Positions 13,153 to 24,637 of a DNA stretch of 64,000 nt are shown here, piece by piece. The notes below the pieces were generated by a model. The model saw nothing but the letters and a program-made list of their open reading frames with translations. It did no database searches and was not told the DNA's origin. Every line of letters starts with the position of its first letter. The stretch's first letter is position 1. This stretch comes from Oculina patagonica. Lineage: Eukaryota. Position numbers and translations under genes: made by a program. The stretch is taken from the NCBI RefSeq assembly GCF_052425735.1, contig NC_135769.1, forward strand, positions 4,340,001-4,404,000. Direction: 5' to 3'.

Positions 13153-14593
13153 GTGTACTGTGTTGTGCCAACGCTGTTTTTTTCTCAGTTCGGTGTAATG
13201 CGGAAAATATCACAAATACGCGCGAGGTGTTGCTAAGGAGCTTGTCTTCCTTCGCCAAAAAGGTGAAGAAACTACCCGCAAAGGTCGCGCAAAACACTTG
13301 AAGGTTTTTCACCGCCTTCTTGATGTTGGATTCTGCCAAAACACACAGTAATTGTCCTACAGTTTTGAATTAATCATGTCATGTCGAACACTTCTGAGAC
13401 ATCTTCTGTTCTCACACAAAGCCAGTTTGACATTAGTACTTGTGACAAGTTTGTCACCAGCCTTCATAAATACTAAACGTACGCATTTATCAATGACAAC
13501 CTAATGGATCAAACTTACATCTTTGAAATAAAATTATAAAAATAAAAGTAACTGTGGTTTTATTCGAACAATTAATCTTCCTTTTTTCTGAGCTTAACTT
13601 TTGTAAATATAAGTCAATCGTTTGTTTAACATATGTTATCAACTGAGGACATCAAAACCAAGGATTAATAAATAGAAAATCGTTATGAGTCTCTCTACCT
13701 TTCATTAAGTTTTCATTGGCTTGTCTGTGTACACATTGCTTTCAAGTCACTTTCCTGTATTGTGAAATCATTTTATTTGACCTAAGTCCTAATATACATA
13801 TTGCCTCTTTGGAGGGACAACATTTTGCTCCGAAAAACACGCACAGTTGTGCAGGATTCTGATAAAAAATTTAGACAGGTTTTTGGAGTTCTTTGTCAAT
13901 CTAATTCATTCTAAAGGTCGTTTCAGTTCTGTTGTCGTGTAATTTTTTTACGAATAAATTGACAGCCATAAAGTGAAAAATATGAAGAAGTACGGACGGC
14001 TTGCGTCTGCAAAAAACTGAGTTATGCCACGTCTCACTCACTCTCGCATGTTCTCAGCGAAAAACAGTTGCTTTTTGTCAATATTTTGTGCATGAGGCAA
14101 GCGCTCAAACGCGCACGTTTACATAGCGGTTAGACCCATTTTGCACAAATGTAGGTTTGAGTCACGAAGTCCATAACTAATTTATCTTTTTTAAGAGACG
14201 AATATGCCCAGGTCACGTTTAGGTGGCAATTTATATAGAGAAGAATTATTAAGTGCTCATGTAACATGAATAATGACCATAGTTTATCCGACAGCTTAAT
14301 TATCCAATGTGTGATGATGCATATGCACAACTTTTATACATGCGACCTGAAAGGCAGCTGAAACATTCAAATGTTTTTTTTTTTCTGGCAAAATGTCATA
14401 TTCCTTATTCTAAAAAAACTTATTTAATCCATTGGTATCTGTTGAAGTATCTTTTCTTAAATAAAAAAGGTTAAAAATTATGATCATACTTCTTCTAAAA
14501 TTGTCTTGACGCAAGTCTGATGTATATTTCGCGGGATTTTCAATATCAGTTGTTTTTACCGACTGTATTTAGTTTCAGTTCACCTTATGTGAT

Positions 14594-14835
14594 GTGATGG
14601 ATAAGATTTTAACTCTGACGTTTGATCATGAAAACGAAACCGCTTCCATAACCATTCGAATGGAAGCTCTTGAGCAGTACTTTCATGTGGTCAGTCTTAA
14701 TTTATACGTTCATGTGGTGCGGTTAATTATGTTGCACAAAGAGGTTTTAACTTTTAATCCTCTTGAGCCTTTAAAATCTATTGAGCAGTACTTTTATGTT
14801 CTTTCTATGCTGTACAAGGTGGCTTTATACTTAAC
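14594..14835 (+). repeat. Degenerate copies of the ~106-bp satellite also at the window end
   Basis: ACCATTCGAATGGAAGCTCTTGAGCAGTACTTTCATGTGG and ATGCTGTACAAGGTGG match 63790-63980. Confidence 0.7.
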
Positions 14836-15512
14836 TTAAGCATGGTGCCTTTTTCTCTTTAGTATGTGGTTTAAAATCAAGAGAAGCGTATAATATAACC
14901 GTTAATTTCGTTTGAACTGTGTATTTTTCAAGGGGGGCCAGTTTTACGTAATTCGAGCTTAATATAAAGGACATTTATGGTTGCTAAACTTTAATTTTTT
15001 TCATGTTTTCCAAACTTTGCTAACACAAAATTGATTCTTAACAAAATATAAATCTCACCTTGAATGGCACTTCTCTGAACAGTTAATCCTTTGGAAACAC
15101 TTTCTTATCTCTCAATACGTGAGGTGCTTAGCTTTTAAAACTCGTGTTGACCATAAGGATCCAGATGTTTTCTTGGGTTCCTTGGGTAACCAATCAAATG
15201 GTGAAACGGTTCGAACTCATTTTCTAATATAGTGTTTTAGTATGACGTCTTCGAAATGCCGAAATGTAAACTAATTAGCCTAAAAAGCCTCTCTCTTAAT
15301 ATGTTTCCGATATAAGTTATGGTCATGTTCATAAAAAGTTTGTTATTCAAAACCACTTTGAATAATTTACAAATACGTGCGGTTTGAGTTCACTTTTATT
15401 AATAGAACATTTAATTTTTTTAGTAACTACAAAAATATTTCGGGACAGTTAGCTGTATTTTGGAGAACTTCTTACTTAGACTTCTACGAGGGTCTGGATG
15501 AGGTTTTTATTT

Positions 15513-16017
15513 AACAATTAGACTACGAGCCCAAGTTTTCTATGAGCAATTATAGTTCACCACTAAATTTTCTCCGATTCTGATTGGTTTAAATTGAACA
15601 CGTGACGCGATAGTGCCCGCGCGCCGGAGGGCACTATCAGCCCATAGTGCCCTCCCGTGAAAAATGCCCGGATCGATAGTGCCCGCCCGAGCGCACCCGT
15701 GCCATTTTTTGTAAACAAACGTGCCTGCAGACAAAAAAACCCAACCAAATTCACTGCATTTGGTGAGTTTCTCGTCTGGTTTTGTTTCGTTTGTCAAATG
15801 TCGGCTTTCAATTGAGTTTTTTACCCCCAAAAGTAAAAATTATTCACGATGCTTGTTTTTGTATGTGCGCGCGGAAGATAATTTAGTGGTGAACAATAAA
15901 GACAATAGAGTGTTTCTGTCTCGGAACTATCGGTCTGATATTTGCCCCTTGGAAATTTGATGTTCTTAAAACTAGCATATTTGCCCTCGAAGCTTCGCTT
16001 CTCGGGCTAATATTTGT

Positions 16018-16049
<32 letters not shown>

Positions 16050-16406
16050 AAACTTTATTTATCAGCCGTTAGCATAACCACACTGACCTACTATCGGTAA
16101 TCGCGCAATCTGATTGGCTACACAGGTGCCTACTATCGATCCGTACAAGGCTCTCGGAGCGCGCGCTTAGTTTTCGCATAATTTTATCAATCAAAACCTT
16201 CAATAAATCAATTCTAGTGATATTCTGAGTTTAATAGATCGGTCAGTGGGTTATGCTAACACAATTAGACGGCTCGCTCTCGGTTTCTACCGGCTTTTGA
16301 TAGTTGACTCGGGGCTTCGCTCCTCGCCAACTATCAGCCGATAGAAACCTCGAGCTTGCCGTCTAATTGTTAAATAGTTCCTCGACAGAAACACTCTATT
16401 GTTAAA

Positions 16407-16442
<36 letters not shown>

Positions 16443-16443
16443 A

Positions 16444-16471
<28 letters not shown>
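15513..16471. mobile_element. Nested palindromic non-autonomous elements
   Basis: Outer IR AACAATTAGACTAC...GTAGTCTAATTGTT; inner IR 15902/16403; inner IR 16068/16260; hairpin 16260-16372; (ACAT)n at 16021-16048. Confidence 0.7.
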
Positions 16472-16479
<8 letters not shown>

Positions 16480-17356
16480 GAAACTCTAACGGATTGCAGT
16501 CCAAAACATACATATTGTGCACTTTGAAGACAAAAATCAAGAAAATTTACCGCTTAAAGAGCTACGCGAGCGCGCGACTGTTTTCTATCGGCGAATAGAA
16601 ATCAGTGGGAGAACCAATCAGATTCACGGATTTCCAATAGAACACAGCTGAGTTTCTACTAATAATTGATAGCTGGGATATGGTCGAAATTGTAACTGTC
16701 AACTGGGAAACGAAGCGTTTTTTAACCGATAGCTGAGATCTAAGTACGCAAAATTTATTGATAGCTGAGAAATTGGTTAAATTTTAACTGATGGCTGAGA
16801 AATCGCCGAGAGTTTAAGTGATACCACCTGTTGGTATCTTTATTTTACGCATAAATTATACCATCTGAAAACAAATTCCAAGATAATTCAAAATTCCTCT
16901 TGTAGATTTCGATGAAACTCCGCAGAGCTGAAGGCAAACACCCAAGGTATACGTAGCCTGGAGGATCTCGAGAGAAAATGCGGTTAAGGGCTGAAATTCG
17001 ATTCAGAGCAAAAACCTGTGTGACGTCATGGTCACGTGATATTCATTCCGATCTCCCAAAAATTTATATCATATTGTAGTTCAGTCTATGTGTAATCCAT
17101 GTGATATAGTAGATATGTCATTGACATCAATCCCTTTAAGTATGAGGGTTTCAAAGTTGTTAGGTATCGCTAGAAAAAAAACTGGGTCGAGCCACCTTAA
17201 TTCGAAATGTTCTTTCTGCAAATGTCCAGTTAATGAGACCACGTTTACATAGGAGGAAACTTTGCCTGATTTGAAACGAATCGGGAACATTTCGCTGCAT
17301 TAATATTCGTTGCGCCGTTTTCACAATTGTGGACGAATCCGGCGCTGCTATTATAC

Positions 17357-18238
17357 TTAAAAGGCTTTGTCACGGTTTTTACGAGACTTTTGAGCAGCCA
17401 AAATTTATATTTTTCCGCAGGAAACCTAAAAATAATAGTCCATTTTTATTACAAATTGCTATATTAGAGCACTGAAACTGTTAACAAGCGTCTTTGGCTG
17501 CGGATGGCTAGGATGGAAATGGGTTGCAACTTGAAAAATTAAAGCTTAACTTTTCAAGTTGTTTCCGCGCGTCTTTAAAAAATCGATATTTATAGCCGTA
17601 GCTTGATTTCTATTCGCAAATTAAGGTTATACAGTATCTTCCTTAAGATGTTCAAAGACAGTGTTTTTCATGGGTTAAGTTGCCTACCACTAATTTCAGA
17701 GCAATACCGTATTTACTCGAATAAATTTTTCGTCCCTCAAGTGCGGCGCTTATTCGAGGGAGCCGCTTATTTAAAATTTGGACGCCACAAAATTTTTTAT
17801 CTTTTACAGTAACTGAAAAGAGCGTTTTTTGTTGTCAGTATTCGTCTCTTGCTGTGACATAAGAAGCGCTAGCTATCCTGACAAAGTTTGCAGCGTTCAT
17901 AACATTTACAGAACTACGTATTGTAAGAATGTTGAATAGAAAAACTAATGAGCAAGAGGTAAATCAATCACTTTGAACTGCAAAACGTCGCTCTTGATGA
18001 AAAGAAATGTTGAAGCTTGTTTTAGAGTTGCTTTGTAGTGCCACTTATAGTTAAACGAAATTCATCAAATAAGCGCCGCATCGGGACTGCGGCGCTTACT
18101 CGGGGGCGACGCTTATTGACTTTTTTGTCCCAAATGCGGCGCTTATTCGAGGGCGGCGGTTATTCGGGGGCGGCGCTTATTCGAGTAAATACGGTATAGA
18201 CAAAAAATCTGTGAAATCTCCGTGACGTGCTCATTTAA
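17357..18238. mobile_element. TTAA-flanked (Kolobok/piggyBac-like) MITE hosting a nested MITE
   Basis: TTAA at both ends with imperfect TIRs sharing GTCACGG/CCGTGAC. Confidence 0.5.
17707..18194. mobile_element. Tc1/mariner (pogo-like) MITE
   Basis: TA-flanked TIR CCGTATTTACTCGAATAA...TTATTCGAGTAAATACGG with subterminal GCGGCGCTTATTCG repeats. Confidence 0.8.
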
Positions 18239-18380
18239 CGACTTCTCCCGGGTGAAGGTTGCAGACATTAGGGTTTTTTCTTTTCATCTTGCAGTTGATA
18301 CAAGCTCAGTTTCTGATGCCATAGTACTGTGATTGCTTTTGAAACTCCTCCGTGATGCTTTCGGGAATCAGACTAGTTAA

Positions 18381-18485
18381 CAACTATTCACCGAAGTGGA
18401 GATGGCTAGTGGTGGATATTTACCGAGCCACGAAGCGGCAAGGTGAATATCCACCACTAGCCACCGACACTGAGGTGAATAGTTA
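18381..18485. repeat. Palindromic dispersed repeat
   Basis: AACTATTCACC..GCTAGTGGTGGATATT pairs with AATATCCACCACTAGC..GGTGAATAGTT; centre contains CGAAGC. Confidence 0.7.
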
Positions 18486-18786
18486 GTATACACTTAAGCA
18501 GTGAGGTAATATATCCCAAAAGGATGACTTTTGATCAGGTTATTCTGTTAACGAGTGTAGTTTTCGCGCGCGAGTTGCTCGGAGGTGAATGGCAAAGGAT
18601 ATTCGGAGTTTGAGTAGCCAATCAGCGCGCGCCACTAAAAGCAAATATCCACTTTTCGGAAGTACTTCTTTTTCATCCTTCATCCCAACTTCTGTGTAGT
18701 AGTATCTGAATTTGTTCTATACCCATCTTTGGGTGGCATTTGTTGTCTTTCGGGGTTTAAAAGTCGAATACAATTAGTGGAAACGC

Positions 18787-19053
18787 TTATAAACACCCCT
18801 CTGTAACAGACCCAGTGGAATCTGAAAAGGTCACTGGGTTGGCCAATTTCCCACTGGGTCGGCTTATTTGGGCTCGTTCTGTATAGGTTTATTCGACATA
18901 AGTCACAACGCACAGTCACTGGGGAAGCACAAAAATAGGCGGGTAAAATCGAAAAATTCGCTGGGTACCGGGGAGACTAAATTTTCACTGGGTAGATGGA
19001 AATAATCCACTGGGTCGGGTTTCACTGGGTCTGTTACAGAGGGGTGTTTATAA
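18787..19053. mobile_element. MITE with perfect ~31-bp terminal inverted repeats
   Basis: TTATAAACACCCCTCTGTAACAGACCCAGTG...CACTGGGTCTGTTACAGAGGGGTGTTTATAA, with internal CACTGGGT repeats. Confidence 0.85.
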
Positions 19054-19365
19054 ATTTATTGACTGCCTTAAATGGGCAGTATGACGAGAATTCTTATAAG
19101 TTTTTGTGTAAAATATGATTGAATTATGAGGGTGCACTCAGTGATCAACGAAATAACCTTTGAACAACAAAGAAAGGCATATATTTATTCTACAACATGG
19201 GTGTGAATAAATGTAATCAATGGTTTATAAGTGATTTTCCCTCATGTAGCACTGTCAAACTTGTTAACGTCGGCCCGACTTTTTCAAAGTTGAGGCCACT
19301 ACTGCCTATCCGTGCATAGCCAAACCACCTTTTTACAATTTTCCTGACTAGTAAAGTACATTTTA

Positions 19366-19669
19366 GCAATGTCAGGCCACTATAAGTGGATTTCTAATTA
19401 ATACCAACACCTTTTGGCATTTTCAAGTACCATTAAATTATGGTGACACTGTCCCTTTATAGGTCGGTGAATCCAGAATGATTTGTGAATCAGGAAACAT
19501 TTCCTCTAGTGCAATGTCAGGCCACTATTAGTGCTTTTTTCAATTAATACCAACACGTTTATGGCATTTTCAAGTAACGCTAAATCATATGGTGACACCA
19601 CTGTCCCCGCTTTAAATGTCGGTGAATTCAGAAAGATAAATGAATCCGAAAACATTTCCTCCAGTGCAA
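19366..19669. repeat. Diverged tandem duplication (~145-158 bp x2) just 3' of GPCR 4
   Basis: GCAATGTCAGGCCACTAT...AAACATTTCCTC occurs twice head to tail. Confidence 0.8.
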
Positions 19670-19701
19670 ACGTCGTTTCAGCAGGTGTTAGCTATTGCTA
19701 A

Positions 19702-20682
19702 TTAAATATTGAGATCATTAAGCGACGTAGTGGCGACTCTTCTAGATCCTGTAAATTTACAACAAATTAAGGCAAGCCCAGCTTGCCTGAAATCCGATCT
19801 GCAAAACGAATAAATAAACGGGTTGGCAGAAGATTGCATAAATAGCAACAACCATGCAATCTTCACTAAAACATCACTGACTAAATCAGGCCTGCCGAGC
19901 ACGAAACTAAAATTGACAAAAGCTAATGGCAGCCAGCTAACGAGAAAAACGAACACGACTAAAACGCACGATATTGTTCCCTTCCTGGCTTTTGTTCTTT
20001 CAAATCTAGTGTCCTGTTCTGTTCTCGCTTCGCTCACGCTATTTCTTTCTTGGCGCACACGTTGATTTTGCCGTCGTATCGCTTTGATTATCTTTACATT
20101 AATCACAAGAATGACAAGAATAGGCAACAAGGCAAAGGCGAAGATCAATGTACTGTTGTAAATCTTGTCTATTTTTCGCGCCTCCTCTTCGGACTCTGTG
20201 TGAAGCCATACGTTACGTAAAAGAGCAACAATAGAACTTAAAACCCAGACCCCAACCAAAATAAAGCTGACGGTTCTCTTTGTCATATAGTTGTGGTAGT
20301 GTAAAGGACGTAGCACCGCCAGGAATCTGTCAAAAGATATCGCAGCTAAATTAAACACTGTTCCTCCAAAGGCAATGTCTTTTAGTCCAGCCATCAACCA
20401 GCAGTGCTTGGACAGATCATATTTGCAGCCGTTACAGAAAACGGCATATCCAGGAACAACAAAAACCGCCATCATAATATCAGCTACTGCCAAGCTAACT
20501 AAGAAAATGTTCATGTAGCTTCGTCGAAGCCTTTTCGTTGTGACGAAGACCAGGAAAGTAAAGAGGTTTCCCGCCAATATAACAATGCCCGCGCTGCCAT
20601 ACAGAATCCAGAAAACCATTTCCAAAGTCTCGTTGCAGAGAGGGGTGATTTGAGTTGGTTTACTAGTTTTAACCGCTTCCAT
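19702..20682 (-). CDS. Class A orphan GPCR, family member 4 (about 326 aa)
   Basis: 7TM; GN, SLAVAD, FDRF, SWLP, NPFIY. First ATG is at 20682 (MEAVK). Confidence 0.95.
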   Translation of the reverse strand: MEAVKTSKPTQITPLCNETLEMVFWILYGSAGIVILAGNLFTFLVFVTTKRLRRSYMNIFLVSLAVADIMMAVFVVPGYAVFCNGCKYDLSKHCWLMAGLKDIAFGGTVFNLAAISFDRFLAVLRPLHYHNYMTKRTVSFILVGVWVLSSIVALLRNVWLHTESEEEARKIDKIYNSTLIFAFALLPILVILVINVKIIKAIRRQNQRVRQERNSVSEARTEQDTRFERTKARKGTISCVLVVFVFLVSWLPLAFVNFSFVLGRPDLVSDVLVKIAWLLLFMQSSANPFIYSFCRSDFRQAGLALICCKFTGSRRVATTSLNDLNI

Positions 20683-23599
20683 TCCGTTCAGAGTAATGAC
20701 TTTTCGGCTCCTTTTGGCTGAGCGAAGATACTGAATGTGTTCTATCAATTAAGCTAGGTAAATAATGGACTCAGTGGTATTACATGTCAGTGTATAATAT
20801 CAGAAGACTGCTGAAATATCTCACTTTTTAAGCCAATGAAATGTCCCGATATTCTACTTAATTTTGATGTATGCGTTTGCCTAATTATTGGAGAAAATTA
20901 CCGCCTTCACATCTTAACTACATCGCCGCCAGATATTTAGATAAAACGATATGGGACATGGTTGAAATGTTACGGTGACAAGAACTTTCCACGGAGAGTA
21001 ACTGAAGTCAAGTTTAAAAAATTAGGAGTGAGTTGATCGCGTATTTCGGTCGTTCTTCTATGAATTAAATTTAATTTTAGCAATGACTCATAGTGAATCA
21101 TCAAGAAAAAAGACGGAAATTAATTGCAGCTGGCCACGGAAATGCACTCAGAATTTGCCTTTTTTAACTTTAGACGGGGAAAAAGATAAAAGCCCATATT
21201 GTAGTGAGAATGTTTTCCGTCTTGTTTCGGAAGCCTTTTTTTAGCTAATTTTTACTTTTATTAACTAGAATTTGCAATTGCACCAAGAAGTATTTTAGGA
21301 TGTTAAGTACTTTTTTAAGTTTTTTTTAGTTGTTTTAATGTTTTGCAGACATTGTAATGCGCAGGTGAAAATCTCCTATTTATACTTGCGCAATATAAGT
21401 TAATTTTTATTATTATTTTTCATTGTCTTGTAAACGTGGTTTTGACTAAAAAGAAGAGAAAAAGGTGGTACTAAACAGAATAATAATGATGTTATTTAAT
21501 TTAGATTAAGAAACCCACCGCCGGTGTTTTGTGCTCTTAGAAACTTCGAAAGATAAGTACTGCGAATTTAATCATCTTTGTTTAAAAAGTATTAAATTTA
21601 AGCGTGTAGTATGTGTTTTAAGTTTCTTTTCAAAAGGAAACGTTTAACAGTGTTAATTGTAATCTTTATTCATATACGGTACCTGAATAACTTATTTCTT
21701 TTCCATATTATTCAAGCTCGTAATGGTCTACAACTTAGCTATGATTATAAACATTTCTTTATAATTTAGAAAGTTTTACTGTATACACGATAATAAACAA
21801 CGTTTATATCCTTTACTCTTGCATGTGTACTTTGTTGATAAAAATGGAAATACTTCGAAAATTACATAACTCTTGCTCTATTTATAATTAAATGTGATTT
21901 TAGATTCTATTTTGTCTAACCTCCAGATGTAAGCATGCACCGTTCCATATCATCCTGTATTTGTCATGTTCTGAAACAGTATCTACAATGATGTTGTGTA
22001 ATTTTGAAATTGTCTGTCAATAGAGATGGCTATATTCGACCAATAGTGATCAGTATAGTCATCCCTTTTTTGGTTAACAGCATAAGAAGCGCTTGCGTCA
22101 TGACAAACAAACCTAAGATAAGAGACCTACACATGACGCAAATTCACGCAGTCATTTCACCGCCATAGCCTGGGTGAAACGGACGATTAATTAACTACGG
22201 CGACGCTGATGCATGTGTATAGGTGTCAGAACTATCTTCCAGCTTAAAGCGTAAACACTTCGGACCCGGCATTGTTGGATTTAAACTGAGATATGAAAAC
22301 TTTGCCGTCGCTGTCCACACTCTCCAAACTACGTATTGTATTTGCAGACCATTGCACACTGTTCGTTAAATCTTTTGTTTAACACCGTTCTCGTTGTTAT
22401 TGCTCTAGGTCTGTGGTGGTTTTCAAGCTCATATCTGCTTCATATGGGTATCGGAGGGGGAGGGGGTTATCTTGGAATAATTGTTTTGCTGTTTGTAAAG
22501 TTGTATCGACCTATCATCTTGAAAAGGAGGGATGTGCTTACATTTGGGCTTAGAAGAGCAGTTTTGTTTGAGTTTCTACGGGTAATACTTTATCACCGCA
22601 CGCGCGCGCAAAGGATACGTTCAACATTTGAAATTAATTATCTTACAACCCATTATCATGTTTCCAAATTATAAAAGACTTCAACAGACCATTTCTCAGT
22701 AACCGTCAAATCAATTAAGATTCAACCGCAAACCGTTAAAATCAATGTTTAAAGTGCGCCGACGAAAGTGCCCCTCTTACCCCCCCCCCCCCTCGTTTAT
22801 AAAAAGCAAATAAACTGTTTGTTTCCATCTCACCAAAAGTAGAAATTCGGGTTTTTAATACAAGGACGTGCGCATTTTCAAAATCGCCAATTTTCAATGT
22901 GCAGGTGTTTACAGCAATTTCCCGCCAAATTTATAGCCAATCGCATTATTCTAACTGAACAAACGGAAATTTGAAGGCGATACAATGAAGTTTTCAATTG
23001 TAATGCAAAACCCGACACTTGGAAGCTATTGAGACTAAATGCTCGACTTATAGTACTTTGCACTCTAGGCTATTGGTTTAAGAATTGTAAGCAATTTGAT
23101 GGTTAGTACATCGTGCTTTTGAAAAGACGGTAAATAATATGTGTCAAAGGTGAAGCCGAAAAAAACCCATAATGTTTTGGATATTTTCCCACCAACACTG
23201 ATAATTTATGGATCAGACAAAATAAGATAGCCCTATGTAAAACCATAGTTAGTTGAGGGGACCCTTCTACTAACTATGGCAACACCTGCTTTGCTCCAAG
23301 CTAGGAAAAGTACCCACTAAAGCAAGCATGCACACGGTCCCACAATTTAAATTTGATTTATTAACGTTTTGGTCAATTAATTGGAATTTATCTTAAAAAC
23401 TCCGAAGACAAATTTTAACGCTATCGGCGCAGTGTCGGTCGACCATGTTTGCTAGCTCGGCCTTAAATCGTTATCATTTGTGTGAGAATAATGAATAATT
23501 ATTTTACATAGTTTATTATTATCATTATTAGTTTTACTTCGTAAGGTTTACGTCAGTTTATTTACAGCTTCAAAGCATTATATCGTCTTGACAAGTCCA

Positions 23600-24637
23600 T
23601 TATTTTGTTTTTCGGGATGAAACCATAATTACAGATATATTATCATCCGATGAGTTTTGACATCGCAGTAAACGAATGGCAGCTTGCCGAAACTCTACTC
23701 TGTAAAATGAGTAAATAAATGGGTTTAAAGACGATTGAAGAAACAGGAAAAACAAGGATAACTGGATTAGTATTGGACTGACTAAATCTGCACGGCGAAA
23801 CAGAAAGCAAAAATTGTAATAAATACGAGGAAGCCAGCATAAGATGTAAACTAACACTACTACAACACACGCTAAAGTGCCTTTCAGTTTTTTAACATTG
23901 TTTACTGCTATACGGCTGTTTCTTCTTGAAAAACTTAAACGCATATTGGTAGAATTGGCGGCCTGGATTCTTTGAACTTGTTTTTTGATAACGTACAGGA
24001 TCCTGAAGTTAATCACCAGTAATAAAAAGAAAGGGAATATGACAAAAATAAAGATAAGGATATTTGAGTAAATTCTGTCAATGTGCAATGCTTCGTCTTT
24101 AAATTTACTGTGCTGCCAGATATTTCTTACGCCGGTAACAAGAACTGGTATTCCCCAAACTGCTGTCAAAATTAAAGTCATTTTCTTCTTTGTCATACTA
24201 GAGGCATAACGTAGAGGGCTGAAGAAGGCTTCGTGTCGGTCGAGTGAAATAGTCAGCAAATTGAGTATATTTGCTCCAAATGTGACTCCCTTGAGCGCTC
24301 TGATCAGCCAGCAGTGCTGAGTCAGCGAATATTTACATCCCTGGCAAAATACGGAGTAAAAAGGCATAACCAGTGCACCCATACATATGTCTGAAATGGC
24401 CAAGCTCACTAGATAGATGTTCATGTAGCTGCGACGTAGATGGCGCGTTTTCAGGAACACCGCGCAAGCCAGGCTATTTCCCGCCAAAATGAGGGCAGCA
24501 AGGACGCCGTTTACGACCCAGAAGATCATATCTAATGTCAGGTTGCATGGCAGGCCCAAAAATCCTTTTGTTGCGTGAAATGATACGTTGGTAGCCGTCC
24601 CAACATGAGAGGTGTTCATGTTTATGTGACTGCTCAT
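23600..24637 (-). CDS. Class A orphan GPCR, family member 5 (345 aa)
   Basis: 7TM; GN, SLAISD, LDRH, CWLP, NPFIY; N-glycosylation sequons in the N-terminus. Confidence 0.95.
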   Translation of the reverse strand: MSSHINMNTSHVGTATNVSFHATKGFLGLPCNLTLDMIFWVVNGVLAALILAGNSLACAVFLKTRHLRRSYMNIYLVSLAISDICMGALVMPFYSVFCQGCKYSLTQHCWLIRALKGVTFGANILNLLTISLDRHEAFFSPLRYASSMTKKKMTLILTAVWGIPVLVTGVRNIWQHSKFKDEALHIDRIYSNILIFIFVIFPFFLLLVINFRILYVIKKQVQRIQAANSTNMRLSFSRRNSRIAVNNVKKLKGTLACVVVVLVYILCWLPRIYYNFCFLFRRADLVSPILIQLSLFFLFLQSSLNPFIYSFYRVEFRQAAIRLLRCQNSSDDNISVIMVSSRKTK

